This document shows positions 41,353-54,902 of a stretch of DNA of 64,000 nt, piece after piece. A model generated the notes under the pieces. That model had not been told where the DNA came from. It made no database searches and saw only the letters and a program-made list of their open reading frames with translations. The position numbers and the translations under genes were made by a program. This stretch comes from Eledone cirrhosa (lineage: Eukaryota): contig OZ024742.1 of assembly GCA_964016885.1 (NCBI GenBank), positions 254,138,001 to 254,202,000 on the forward strand, in the 5' to 3' direction. The first letter of the stretch is position 1, and every line of letters begins with the position of its first letter.

Positions 41353-42009
41353 TTTCATGTTGGGATGTTTAAATGAGGAAAGGTGCAAGTAGAACCTTTG
41401 TTTAAAACGGTCCTGGACCATACCTACATATTTGTCATGAGTGTCAAACTTGTTGGTGTTTGTGTATTTGATCTCTGCTCCGTAAATGATGGACTTAAGA
41501 TTACAGTTTTGCTGTAATGGACAAACAACTTTCTTCCTGCAAGATCATCCTGGATATTCATGTGGTTTGTTCTTTGCAATTATTTTTGATTTCATGGATG
41601 GGTGCAAGAATAGGAAATTGTCACTGAGTGTCAATTGAACATCTTACTGTATCTGTATTGAAGTGTAAAGTGTTTATTTTAAAATCAGGTCGAGTCTTTA
41701 GTTACTGATAGCTCTGAAGGTATGAATGAAGCCGAAGGCCTTGTCTAGCATCAGTTTAGTGACAGAAGGGTAAAGATCAATTATATCAAACTGGGTGAAT
41801 TTAGCTCTGTCTTTCGATGGGATATCTTTGAACCTGAATATAACTGATGTGGTATTGTTCCAGCGTAACAGGCTCATGTTGTTTGTGATACGTATGTTTA
41901 TTTCCCTTAAGATCTTGGTAGCTAGGCCTAATTCTGTTCTTGCTGGGTTTATGAGCCTGCAGGATGATCTCTTTGTAAAGTTCATTATGTGATCCTTCAG
42001 ATTAATGAA
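41353..42009 (-). mobile_element. Naiad-like Penelope element fragment (RT N-part, CCCC finger, GIY-YIG), internally deleted
   Basis: FINLKDH..CRLINPARTELG..WNNT..QFDIIDLYPSV; ISYSC.PSMK; G*SCRKKVVCPLQQNC; IIYGAE..YVGM..FKQRFYLHLSSFKH. Confidence 0.8.
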
Positions 42010-43905
42010 GGGGAGAAGTGTGTACTTAACGATGATGGCATACTTGCCATCACCGACACTGATAAGAAGGTAGCTTGGAAGTGTCACTATGAAAGGCTAC
42101 TAAATGAGGAGAATAAATGGGAGAAAGACAGTCTCCCCCATATCGACCCTATAGAGGGACCAGCAGTGTTAGTCGAGGGGAGTATAATAAGTAAGGCAAT
42201 CAAGGATATGAAGATGGGTAAGGCGGCTGGGCCTTCGGAAATAGTTGCTGAGATGCTGAAGGCATCTGGCACGGTGGGACACACCATGGTCACCCGCATA
42301 GTTAACCAAGTCGTACAGAATGGGGTTGTTCCGAAGGACTGGCATAGCAGCATCATCGTTAACTGTTATAAGGGTAAAGGAGACGCCCTAGATAGGAGTA
42401 ACTATAGAGGCATTAAATTAATCGACCAGGTCATGAAGGTCACGGAAAAAGTAATAGCGCAACTAATCAGAGAGAGAATTGACCTAGATGAAATGCAGTT
42501 CAGGTTTGTGTCAGGCAAAAGTACCACAGACGCTCTTTACATAGTACGACAACTACAGGAGAAGTACCTAGCTAAAAGTAAACCCCTCTACTTAGCTTTT
42601 GTCGACTTGGAGAAAGCCTTCGACAGAGTCCCCCGCTCCATTATCTGGTGGGCTCTTAGAAAACTAGGCGTTGACGAATGGCTTGTGAGGGCTATACAAG
42701 CCATGTATAAAGAAACAGTCAGCAAGGTTAGAATTAACAACGAATATAGTGAAGAGTTTAGCGTAAAAGTTGGCGTCCATCAGGGCTCTGTCCTCAGCCC
42801 CCTACTATTTATTATTGCCCTTCAGGCTATAACAGAGGAGTTCAAGACAGGCTGCCCATGGGAACTCCTATACGCAGACGACCTGACACTCATAGCGGAA
42901 GAACATAGATTTTACATGTGGCCGGTGTTCTGGTGCAATAAGTAGCAGCAAGTGCCCACAAAATACTAGCTCTTTCAATTGCGCAGAGGGTTCTATAGAA
43001 ATAGTGGACAGCTTCCGTTACCTGGGCGATAAAATCAGCAGTGGGGGAGGGTGCTCTGAAAGTACTGTAGCTAGAGTCAGAACTGGTTGGAAAAAGTTCA
43101 GAGAGCTTATACCACTATTAGCTGCTAAAGGGTTCTCCCTAAAAATGAAAGGCAGGTTAGAGGAACGAAGCTTGCATGCTCCGCTGGATGTGTAACAGTA
43201 ATATACGTGAACGGCAAAGCATAAACGAACTAAGGAAAAAATTAGAGATAAGAGGGATCAGATGTTGTTTACTCGAGAGAAGGCTACGTTGGTATGGACA
43301 CGTGATGCGCATGAAAGTCGATAGCTGTATAACAAAGTGCAGGGCAATAAAGATAGACGGTAGTCACGGAATAGGCAGACCTAGAAAAACCTGGGACGAG
43401 CTGATAAACTCCGACATCACACACTTACACCTCTCCAAGACAATGTCACTGGACCGAGACCTTTGGCGGTACTCAGTAACAGAGAAGACCTGCCTTACCT
43501 AAATATATAGTAAAACCTACTCCAGCCAGTAGGCATCTCTAACAAAATACACCCCGTCCCACCACCACCACCCCCACCCCATCCACACCACCCCGTTCTA
43601 TGTAAAGTTATGTTGGTGCCGCGCCATCCAGGCCGAAACAAATGAGATCGTGTAGGTGTCACGACAAAAAAACACACAGTCCACGCTGTAATGTGGCCGT
43701 GTAGGCAACACGGTAAAAACCTCCCAGACCCACACTGTAAATGTGGTTGGTGTTAGGAAGGGCATCCAACTGTAGAAAACCTGCCAGACAGTCCTATGCG
43801 AGCAAGACAATCACTCTTGCCTCAAGTGGAACTACCCCCGTCCAAACCCATGCAAGCACGGAACACGGACGTTAAACGTTGATGATGATGATGATGATGA
43901 TGATC
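42010..43905 (+). mobile_element. RTE family A1 copy with internal deletions
   Basis: RT ORF 41989-42945, deletion after YADD, thumb, 3'UTR and (GAT)n tail. Confidence 0.92.
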
Positions 43906-44637
43906 ATGCTTTGCTTATCTTTCAAGTCAATTATCTATTTTAAAATTTCTAGCTAATTATTTGGCCTCTTTGTTAATAGAGTTGTAAGCGCCAGGTTTGG
44001 GTTTCTGGTATTTGCTAGTTATTTTGCTACCTGTACAGTTACGTGCAAAATTATAAATGTATGAGTGCACGTATGCATGCAAATCTATGTGTATTATATT
44101 TTTAAATCTTAATAATTCATTATCTGTGTTTGTGTGTGTCACCGTTCATTTACATACAACAGCTTAGCTCAATCATTTTAACTATCTACAAAAGACTTGA
44201 TAAATTCATCAGTCACCTCCCTTTACTTGCTGGACAGAATAGTCCTAGAAAGTTTGATAAATTCATATACAGACAGATTTCAGAGCAGATCTGCTTCCCC
44301 TGTTTCAAATATATGTCTCCACAGTTCGGAGGGAGATTTGGCCTGGTGACAGCTTCCCCTTTTCATATTTTTATCCATGTGCCTAAATGAAGGGCCAGTT
44401 TAAAAGTGCCTCTTCAATTATAAAGTGGTAGCCATGACTAGACCCCAAAACCAATGGTGGCACATACATGTTAAGTGTATGAAACTTTGTTTATACTAAA
44501 GAAGCTCTCTTCCAACAGATTGAGCACTGTTTTCCTTGATCAATATATACACTATATGAAGTTATAGTGTAACATTTCACTATTTTCATTGGTGAGATGA
44601 TAATAATAATAATAATACTTTCCTTGGTTTTCTTAAA

Positions 44638-44710
<73 letters not shown>

Positions 44711-44875
44711 TATAAACAATATGCAATATACAATACATAGATGCATGTATATCTATGATCTGCCATACAAAATATAACATAATATATAAATATATTTCTA
44801 TCTATGATCTGTCATATAACATTTTTTTTTTAATGGTAAATTTGAAAGAAGGCATCATTTTTATGAATTCTTCAG

Positions 44876-45016
44876 AAATTAATGGACACAACTGAAATGA
44901 TTCCAGTATTATGGCATCCAACAGTGAAATATTCTGTTACTAGGAATATAATCCAGATTGATAGACATATGGAAATATCTGATTATGATGTATTCAAGGA
45001 GGAAACTATTTCACTT
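44876..45016 (+). CDS. Candidate host coding exon (MDTTEMIPVLWHPTVKYSVTRNIIQIDRHMEISDYDVFKEETISL)
   Basis: Non-repetitive DNA, TTCTTCAG acceptor, ATG at 44882, weak CTT|GTAATT donor. No recognised homology. Confidence 0.3.
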
Positions 45017-45874
45017 GTAATTCATTTAAAGAATCATCATCATCATTATCATCAACATCACTATCATCATAATCATCCTTATCATCATCAGAACCATCCT
45101 CCTCCTCATAATTTAATGTCCATTTTCCCTTCTAGCAAAGGTTGGATGGGTCATCACAGACCAGACAATACTTAATCAGAGTTAATGACCTCTAAGACAG
45201 TTTGGGAGCCTATTTCACACATAATTTCCCACATTATAAATTGCACCAGTGTATTTATTGTGTCACAAGCCTAAAGAGATTGTCATGTTTTGACACATCT
45301 AAAGAGTCCTCTCAACTCTTTGTTTGGCAGCTTTTCTATGGCTGCATGCCCGTTTAATCACCAACCATTTACAGAGTGTACTGGGTATGTTTATCATGTA
45401 GATCAACAAAACTAATGTGGTTGTCATGCACTTGATACAACAGAAGCATCCTCTTGACTCTTTTTTTTGGTATGGTTTCTACAGCTGGAAGCTCTTCCTA
45501 ACTGCAACCATTTTACAGAGTGTACTAGGTGCATTTTGTCATGGAATATATCATATGCAGCAAGTTAGCAGAGTTGTTAGAGCCTAGGATTAAATATCTC
45601 TGTATTTCTTTTGCCTCACTGCACTCTGATTTCAAATTATTACGTGGTCAACTTTGCCTTTCATCCTTTTGAGATCAATACCATTGCAACATAGGTGTCA
45701 ATTCTTCCTTTTTCTCTCTCTTTATCACTTATTTTTTTCTTTCTCTCTCTCTTTTTCTCTGTATGAACTAGCTGTGGAAGGTAAAATTATTTTATTTTGG
45801 AAAATGAGGTGCATCACTGTAAGAACAGGGTGCACCTTGTAGATCAAGTCCACGGCACCAAATACACAGATACA

Positions 45875-46150
45875 CCTTTTAGGGTTAATCAAAGGCACTA
45901 AATATCAGGCATAACTTATAGGGCTAATACAGGGCACTAAATATCCCAAAACACCTTGTAGAATTAATTCAGGGCACTAAATATCCACACACGTTTTAGG
46001 TTTAATCCAGGGAACTAAATACCCACACTTCTGTAGGGTTATTCCAGGATACTAAATAACCCCTCACCTCTGTAGGGTTAATCCAAAGCACTAAATACCT
46101 ACACACACATTGAAGGGTTAATCACAGGCATTAAATACCACAACACACTT
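45875..46150. repeat. Degenerate ~39-bp minisatellite, about 7 copies
   Basis: Consensus approximately TAGGGTTAATCCAGGGCACTAAATACCCACACACCTG. Confidence 0.85.
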
Positions 46151-46264
46151 TGCAGATCTAGCCACTAAAGACACATGCCCACATTGAACAGCTGGCCTAA
46201 GGGACTAAATGTAGATTTAATGCAGAGCATTACTTAACCAGCACATGTAGAGCTAAACAAGGAC

Positions 46265-46895
46265 ACTAGATACCCAGGCACAAATCATAATTATGACTGT
46301 TTGGCACGTATACTATTATACAGAAAGAGAACATACAAGTGTTTTCACTATGGATACACAAAAGCTGTAGTGGGAATACAGGCAGGCTAATGGAAAGAAA
46401 AGATAGACTTTGTATGTGGAAGATGACAGGACAAGTAAAGCATTCAGAGCACTTGTGAAACAAATACCTTCAGTTGCAAGGGAGGCCCATTAGAAATTGT
46501 TAACAACTTTTGTTACCAAGGAGACCGAATTAGCAGTGAGTGTGTGTGTGTGGGGGGGATTCTGAAAGTATGATAGCTAGGATAAGGACAAACTGGAAGA
46601 AGTTTAGAGAGCTGATACTTCTGCTGACAACAAAAGGCTTCTCTATTATAGTGAAGGTTAGACTGTATGATGTTTGTGTGTGAACTGCAATGCTACATGG
46701 CAGTAAAACATGGGTCTTCATTACAGAAGAATTGTGGAGTTTAGAAAGAAATGAATCATCTGTGCTCTGATGGATGTGTAATGTTAGTGTGCATGAATAC
46801 TATAGCATAAGCAAACTGAGAGAAAAATTTGGCATAATAGGAATTGGATGTAGTGTGCAAGAGAAAAGACAGTATTTGTATGGACATGTGATATG
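46265..46895 (+). mobile_element. Old degenerate RTE family A fragment (PHD to thumb)
   Basis: WIHKSCSGN, NWKKFREL, AMLHGSKTW and YGHV remnants. Confidence 0.75.
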
Positions 46896-47460
46896 AGGTG
46901 GTGTTGTGTAATGTGGTGTAATGTAGGGTAATGTAGTGATGTGTGGTGTGGTGTGTTGTGGTGTGATGTAGTGGGTTGTGGTGTAGTGTGATGTCGTGTG
47001 GTGGGATGCAATGTGATGTAATGTAGTAAGGTGTAGTGTAGTAAGGTGTAGTGTGGTGTGATGCAGTGTGGTGTAGTGTGGTGTAGTACAGTGTGGTGCA
47101 GTGTAGTGGGATGGTGTAATGTGGTGTGATGTATTGGGTTGTGGTGTAGTGCGGTGTGGTGGTGTGCGGTGTGAAGCAGTGTGGTGTAGTGTGGTGTGGT
47201 GCAGTGTGGCGTAGTGTGATGTGGTGCAGTGTGGTGTAGTGTGGTGTGATGCAGTGTGGTGTAGCGTAGTGAGGTATTGTGTGGTGTGGTGTGATGTAAT
47301 GTGATGTAGTGGGTTATGGTAAATTATGGTGTGGTGCAGTGTGGTGTAGTGTGGTGTAATGTGGTGTAGTGTGGTGCGATGTAGTATAGCGTGGAGTTGT
47401 GTGGTGTAGTTTGGTGTGGTGTGGTGTAATGTGGTGTGATGTGATGTAGTGTAGTGTAAT
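46896..47460. repeat. (GTGTR)n pentanucleotide microsatellite
   Basis: GTGTG/GTGTA/GTGCA units. Confidence 0.92.
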
Positions 47461-48263
47461 ATGATGGGATTTTGTTGCTAGGTATACATCTGTATTTCCT
47501 TTGATCAATGACAATAAATGTTTCTTGCACCAATTTTATTTTTCCTTCCATCTTTAAACATTGCAGTGGATAATCAATTTTCTTGCTCTTTCATTTCATT
47601 GAAATACTGATTGACCCCCCAAAAATCTTTCTAGTGCCCAGCATTTATAAAAACCATTCCTTCCAATTCACTTCAAAGTGGTGGGTTTAATCAGTTACTA
47701 ACACCTAACGAGACTTATTCTCTATTTTGAAAAGCTTCTACTACAACATCCACCATACCTTAACTAGTCATGTGAGCCAGTTAGCCAGCCAATTAGATGA
47801 ATATTTCACTCTTGGTCATTGCTTTCTTCTTAATAAGCGAAGGTTTCTAAATTTCATATGAGGTTTTGTGATAATCTAATACATATGAAATGACACACAC
47901 ACACACACACACGCCCCCCCCCCCCCCCACCGCCACCACACTCACACACATGGTCTGTGGGTTTCTGATTTGATGATAGTAAACTGTCATTCACCTTCAG
48001 AGTGAAGTGCCTGTGTGTCCAATATAACGTTTGTGGCTTCCTTTACCCATTATAATGTATATTAGATTCTCCAAGTTGAAAGAGAAGTCATTTTTAATTT
48101 TAAAGATTGCACAACTGGCCAGACTTGTCTCATAATATAAACACCTGTCTAACCTTTGCAAGCATGCAAAAATAAGTTGTTAAAAAGTGATGATGATATA
48201 CTGTATATATAATGGGTGAAAGCAGTGATTCTTTGCTTAAACTTTAATCTGTTATTTTAATAA

Positions 48264-48297
<34 letters not shown>

Positions 48298-48311
48298 GTA
48301 TGTATATGTAT

Positions 48312-48349
<38 letters not shown>

Positions 48350-48372
48350 GTATGAATGTATACGTACAGACT

Positions 48373-48436
<64 letters not shown>

Positions 48437-48665
48437 AGTATGTACATATACATACATACTTACATATATGTATACAGACGTACAGTAGTATGTATATATA
48501 TATACATACGTGCATATATATATGTGTGCATGTGTGTATATATATACATACTACTGTACATCTGTATACATATATGCATGTACGTATACATACATACATA
48601 CTTAGATTTAAGTAAGTGCCGTACTAAGAGTGAGAAATGAAATTTCATTTCATTCTATTCCATAT
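48350..48665. mobile_element. Core-less copy of the 28046-28670 inverted-repeat element
   Basis: Shares TATACAGACGTACAGTAG, its inverted counterpart, and the terminus TTAAGTAAGTGCCGTACTAAGAGTGAGAAATGAAAT. Confidence 0.7.
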
Positions 48666-48670
48666 ATATA

Positions 48671-49062
48671 TGGAGGCACATGTCTTAGTGGTTAGAGCAT
48701 TGGCCTTGCAATCGAAAGGTTGTGAGTTCAATTCTCAGACCGGGTGATGTGTTGTTTCCTTGAGCAAGACACTTTATTTCACATTGCTCCAGTTTACTCA
48801 GCTGTAGAAATGAGATGATAGGGACTCAGGTCCCTATCATTCCACTGCAAAGTGGGCGTGGAGGTGCCACGGCAAAAAAGGACCCAGCCCACACTGTAAA
48901 GTGGACGTCTCGGTGCCATGGAAAAAAAGCACCCAGCACTTACTGTAAATGAGGTTGGTGTTAGGAAGGGCATCCAGCTGTAGAATTCAAGCCAGAATCA
49001 GTTCCCGTCCCACCCTTGCAAGCAGGGAAAAGCGGACGTGAAATGAAATGATGATGAAGAAA
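48671..49062 (+). mobile_element. tRNA-derived SINE with an RTE-family-A 3' tail
   Basis: A-box-like TAGTGG and B-box GAGTTCAATTC, body CCTTGAGCAAGACACTTTA, 3' end homologous to the RTE-A UTR, (ATG)n tail. Related heads at ~55050-55190 and ~61630-61790. Confidence 0.85.
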
Positions 49063-49078
49063 TGATATATATATATAT

Positions 49079-50283
49079 GTCGGCGCCGGTCCCTTCCGGG
49101 AAATGGCCATGCTCAGTGTGTAGGAAAGGAGTAGGCAGAAACTCCATTTTATGTCCCAAATGCAAAGTATGGGTGCATAAAAGATGTAGTGGGATCACAG
49201 GTAAGCTAACTAAGAATATAAATGTTATATGTGGCCGGTGCTCTGGTGCAATAAGTAGCAGCAAGTGCCCATAAAATACTAGCTCTTTCAATTGCGCAAA
49301 GGGTTCTATAGAAATAGTGGACAGCTTCCGTTACCTGGGTGACAAAATCAGCAGTGGGGGAGGGTGCTCTGAAAGTACAGTAGCTAGAGTCAGAACTGGA
49401 TGGAAAAAGTTCAGAGAGCTTATACCACTATTAGCCGCTAAATGGTTCTCCCTAAAAATGAAAGGCAGGTTGTATGATGCCTGCATACGAACAGAAATGT
49501 TGCATGGCAGTGAGACCTGGGCATTGTGTGCAGAGGATATACGCAGACTAGAGAGGAACGAAGCTTGCATGCTCCGCTGGATGTGTAATAGTAATATACG
49601 TGAACGGCAAAGCATTAACGAACTAAGGGAAAATTAGAAATGAGAGGGATCAGATGTTGTGTACTCGAGAGAAGGCTACGTTGGTATGGTCACGTGATGC
49701 GCATGAAATACGACAGCTGTATAAAAAAGTGCAGGGCAATAGAGGTCGACGGTAGCGACGGAGTAGGCAGACCCAGAAAAACCTGGGACGACTTGATAAA
49801 TTCCGACCTCACACACTTAGACCTCTCCAAGACAATGTCACTGGACCGAGATCTTTGGCGGTACTCAGTAATAGAGAAGACCCGTCTTACCTAAATACTA
49901 AGTAAAACCTACTAGAGTCAGTAGGCACCTCTAACAAAATACACCCCCATCTCACCACCCCCACCCCATCCACACCGCCCCTTTCAATGTAAAGTTATGT
50001 TGGTGCCACAACATCCAGGCCGAAATAAATGAGGTCGTGTAGGTGTCACGACAAAAAAACACACAGTCCACGCTGTAATGTGACCGTGTAGGTAACACGG
50101 TAAAAACCTCCCAGTCACACACTGTAAATGTGGTTGGTGTTAGGAAGGGCATCCAGCTGTAGAAAACCCGCCAGACAGTCCTATGCGAGCAAGACAACCA
50201 CTCTTGCCTCAAGTGGGAAAACTCCCGTCCAAACCCATGCAAGCGTGGAATGTGGACGTTAAACGATGATGATGATGATGATA
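49079..50283 (+). mobile_element. RTE family A1 copy, 5'-truncated at the PHD finger
   Basis: CSVCRKGVGRNSILCPKCKVWVHKRC..CGRC, thumb, UTR, (GAT)n tail. Confidence 0.92.
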
Positions 50284-50489
50284 TATATATATATATATAT
50301 ATTAATAAAGTATCATTGTTGAATAACCACCAAAACACTGTTTATCACATTCATACAAAAAATAGAGTAATAAAATATTGTTTATAATTTGAAGCTTGTG
50401 TTTTTTGCTTTCATACAACTTATTAAGATATATATTTAGTTGTTGTTAAAAGGGTAGTCAAACCCGAAGTTCCTGATGTGTATTTTCAC

Positions 50490-50810
50490 ATACAGCTGTT
50501 ATTGATTAGTTTTGGAGTGAGATTCTTAATAAAATATATCTCCGTTTCTATTCAGTTCTTTGGATAATCCATTGAACATTTATGAAAAAGGAATATTTTT
50601 AAATTGTTGTTCCTGAAAATTTCTGAATATTCACCCAGGGGAATTTTCCTTAGTTCCAGTTTTCATATCTGTTGTTTATGTAGTCTGATTCATTCATGCA
50701 AAACGTTACCGGTCTGACCAATATAATTCTCTTTGAAACCAAGACAGACTATACAGTATATCAGATTTTCTGTTTTGTGGTTTATTTTGCTATTTATTTT
50801 GAAGGATTGT
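50490..50810 (-). mobile_element. Penelope-like GIY-YIG endonuclease remnant
   Basis: Minus strand reads NLIYCIVCLGFKENYIGQTGNVLHE*IRLHKQQI. Confidence 0.75.
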
Positions 50811-51099
50811 CTGTGTATTTAATGTTATCAACCTACACAAAGCGAAATTCATAACCACCAAGTCATGCCTAAGCCAATCATAATAATATAATGCAAGAAT
50901 CCCATGACAACCATTTTGTGCTAGATTTATCTTCAAAATGGTAATTTGATATCTTTCTCTTTAATTCCTTTCTGTTACACAGTGTTGACAAGTTGGTCAG
51001 AGGCACAACAACAATTATCTATAGCAATCTATCTACCAATCTATCTATCTATCTCTCTATCTCTCTGTCTAACTGTCTATCTATGAAAACTACAAACAG

Positions 51100-54000
51100 A
51101 AACAGTACACATAAAAAAAAACACATTACACATGTAAAAATAACAAACACATAATTAGTAGAAACTGTTCGAAAGGACCCTACTATCCAAACGGAAGGGA
51201 AAACCTTCCCCACCAACGACCCACCCAAACCTCAAACTGATCAGGGTAACAACCCTACAACATGAAACATTAAAAGGGACATGATGTGCCCCCCCCCCCC
51301 CCTGGCAAAAGCCCCTTAACCATATCCTGCTAAAAGGATTCCCTGCCTCCCCAAACACCCCCAATCTGGACATGGAGATCGAACAACCCGACCTCCAGGA
51401 AACTAAAAGGTAAGTGTTCCTGCCTTTTCTCTCCCTAACTCTTCTTCACCAACATGGCGACTATACAGATTGGATCTTTGAATGTACGTGGCCTGGGCAT
51501 GTCCTGGAAACAGGGCCAGTTTTTAAATGACCTCAGGTCACATTGTATAGATGTGATAGCCACCACTGAGTCCAGGATTCACCACAAGCAGCAGCTAACC
51601 CCCATGTTCGATGATTTTGAGATCTACGCATCTCTCTGTCAGCCAGGAGGTGGAGAGGAAGTTGCTGTTCTGTTTCGAAAAAACTTGGATATCAAAGTAC
51701 AGATGATTCACGTGGATCTGGAGGGCAACCTGGTGGTCCTGGACGTGAATGGTAGTGAAGGTGGATCCTTCAGACTGGTGGCCGTATATGCCTCGACTGG
51801 GACATCGCAATCAGAGATCTTCAAGCATCTGGAGCCATTTCTGGGAATATCTCGCTCCTTAGTGTTAGCGGGGGACTTGAATGGCATCTTAGACGCACGC
51901 TAGGACTACGTAGGAGCTTGTGATAATAGAGGGGGTTGTAATAGTCTCAAAAATCTCATCAGCCAATTCCAACTGGCTGATAGATATCGACTAGACTTCC
52001 CAAGTGCACAACTGTTGACGTGGAGCAACCGCACTGGGTCTTCCAGATCGTATTTAGATAGATTTCTAATTAGACAGAAGGATAAGGAAACATTAAGCTG
52101 TCCACAAATGCACATGGTTGCCTATTCAGACCACAAATTAGTCACCTGCATAGTCAACCTTGATAGAATACATAGAGAGGGACCCGGATACTGGAAGCTA
52201 AATATGTCGTTCCTGGCGCGTAAGGCCTACAGTAAACGGATTAGCACCTTAGTTAAGAGACAGTTGACGGGGGGGGGGGGCATCGTCAACAACAGGTGGT
52301 GGAGCTCTCTCAAGAGAGCAATTAGAATAGAATTGATAGCATTTAGCAAGGAAGTAGCTTTAGAAAAAAAAACTGAAAAGGAACTGGTAGCTAGAGTAGA
52401 AGAGGCACTTAGGAATATCAGTACAGCTGACGTGCTAGCGGCGAGAACGGCACTAGACCAGTTGTTCAACATGAAGGTTATATTGTCAGAAGTAGAACAC
52501 GTACTCTAAGAAATGAGGGAGCCAAAACTGTTAGCTGGGCCCGAGTGGCAGAGGCGAAAAGTGGCAACAAATCCACAATTCGGTCTTTGCAAGACAAAGA
52601 TGGACGCATTCTACTTGAATCCAAGCAGATGTGCACGGCCTTCCTGCAGCACTTTGCACAACTGTTCGGGCAAAGCGGTACATCGAGCGAGGTGATGGAC
52701 TTCAGTTCCTACCTCGACAGTGTACCACGACTCTCGAGCAAGGATGCAGAGAGCTGCAAAAGGCCGATCACAGCGGGTGAAATAGAAGATGCTCTAGACC
52801 GTTGCGGGAAACGCAAATCACCCGGTTTAGATGGTCTACCCTATGAGTTTTACATAGGTATGCCAGACTTGTCCTCTGGTGTCCTCAAAGCGGTCTACTG
52901 CAACTGGCAGCAGAACGGGAGGATTCCCAGTTTTTTAGGCATAGGCGTAGTAACGTTGATCAGGAAAGATGAGAACAAGGGGGATGAGATAAGCAATTTC
53001 AGGCCCATAACCCTGCTCAACACAGAGTTAAAGATTTTGGCCAAAGTGTTAGCAATGAGGCTAGTGCTTGTCGTCGAGAACCTGATAGGCGAAGTGCAAA
53101 CGTGTGCAATCCCGACCAGGTCCATACACAACAACCTCCACCTCATGCGATACATCATAGAGAGGGTAGGGTGTAAACCAGGCTTTGGTGGGGCTCTGAT
53201 CAATTTAGTCAGTCCAAGGCATTTGATAGGGTCGACTATCAATACTTGGAAGCCGTTCTCAAGGTCCTATCTTCAGAGGCTGGATCGCTGCAATGCACAC
53301 CACCATCTGCTCGGCAGTCAAGGTGAATGGCTACCTACCGGAGCCATTCCAAATCATGCGTTCCATCCGACAGGGATGCCCTCTTTACTCCATTCTGTAT
53401 GTACTGACTCTCGAGCCATTACTGCGGTAGCTGGAGCTGTGCAAGGCATCCCGATCAAACAGGTGCGGAAAGCAGCATCGGCCTGTGCCGACGACATAAC
53501 CGTAACGGTGTCGAAAACCTCGGACATCGGGGTAATCAGCAACCTACTACAGGAATACGAAACATTGACAGGAGCAAGACTAAACCCAAACAAGTCTGTC
53601 GGTTTGCAACTTGGCAGTCGGAGAGGCAAACCCATGCTTCCGACAGTGTCGTTGTATGCTGGATGGAAGGACCGGTGAAATTGCTCGGGGTCTGGTTTGG
53701 TCCAGACCTCCAGGTGGGCAAGAACTGGAATGAGGTCACGACGAAGGAGTTTGCACTCACCCAGAAGAGGGCTGAGTGCAAACTCTCATTGAAAGGTCGA
53801 GCGGAGGTGGTGAACACTTACATAGCATCCGTCATCTACTACCGATTGACAGTCATGCCTTGTCCCCGTGAATACCTCACCAAAATGGAACGCCTACTCT
53901 TCAAGTTCCTCTGGAAGAAACAGGCTCCATTGATGAGGAGATCTATCTGCTGTCAACACCCTTCTAACGGAGGGCTGGGCATGCCGTGACTGATGATGCG

Positions 54001-54465
54001 CAAACACGCGCTGAGGCTACGCCATCTCCAAGTATTCCTGACCGGCGAACCGATGTGGCTGTCATTTGTGAGACAAGCTCTCTCATAACTCGTTTCACTA
54101 ACAGAGCTGCAGTCCTGGGTCAAGTGAAGACCGAAAATGGGCGCCTGGCACCTCGAGTGCCTTCAGGCCCTCACAGCCCTCTACCAAGCGGAAATGGCAA
54201 TCAGCGAAGACTCCACTTCGACATTCTATAGGGGATTAGTGGAGGATAGATGCAACAACATTCTCGAGGAAACTCTAGGCACTGAGCAGGACGAACTGAC
54301 CAGTCAGTTCGGGAGGACTTTCCGTCCAGGGCCTATGGATAACTTCCAGAGGTCTCTGGAAGTTATCCATAACTGCTACACTCCAGTAAATTTGCTGAAA
54401 GGTGTGTGAATGTGGCGAAAATGGCCCGAGTAAATGGGCCTTCTCTGTATATAAACCTGTAGGTT
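51100..54465 (+). mobile_element. Second Tx1 element (ORF1 end plus degenerate ORF2 at 51454-~54462)
   Basis: SLNVRGL, GDLN, SYLDR, GPGYWKLN, KSPGLDGLPYEFY, NFRPITLLN, CADD, KLLGVWFG. The C-terminus is homologous to ~1810-1870 after a deletion. Confidence 0.9.
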
Positions 54466-54811
54466 AAGGAAGATAAACAGTGTTGCATCATATGCATATT
54501 CAATTACATATTACATATGTTTCCCTGTTGATCAGCTTGAAAACAATCAATTAATGATCAAACCTGACTCTGGAATCAGAAGCTCCTCAGATATGTGTTA
54601 ACATGTAGACTCTATCTATCTACATACCTATCAATTTTTGAGCGCATTAACAGTGAAACATGTAATATGTAATTAAATATGTATATGATCAAACACTGAT
54701 TCTTTGTTCCCTTATATTATTATTGATACTGTGCTCTCCAAGAGCATCAAGTGCTCATTAAGTATACCACCTATGGACACAATTAACTTGCACTTTTATC
54801 ACCTCACTCTC

Positions 54812-54902
<91 letters not shown>

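Noticed and set aside
45020-45110. His-rich protein segment
   Set aside because: It is the (CAT)n reverse complement of an RTE/SINE (ATG)n tail.
48671-48750. tRNA gene
   Set aside because: It is a SINE head: no complete cloverleaf, and it continues into SINE body and RTE tail.
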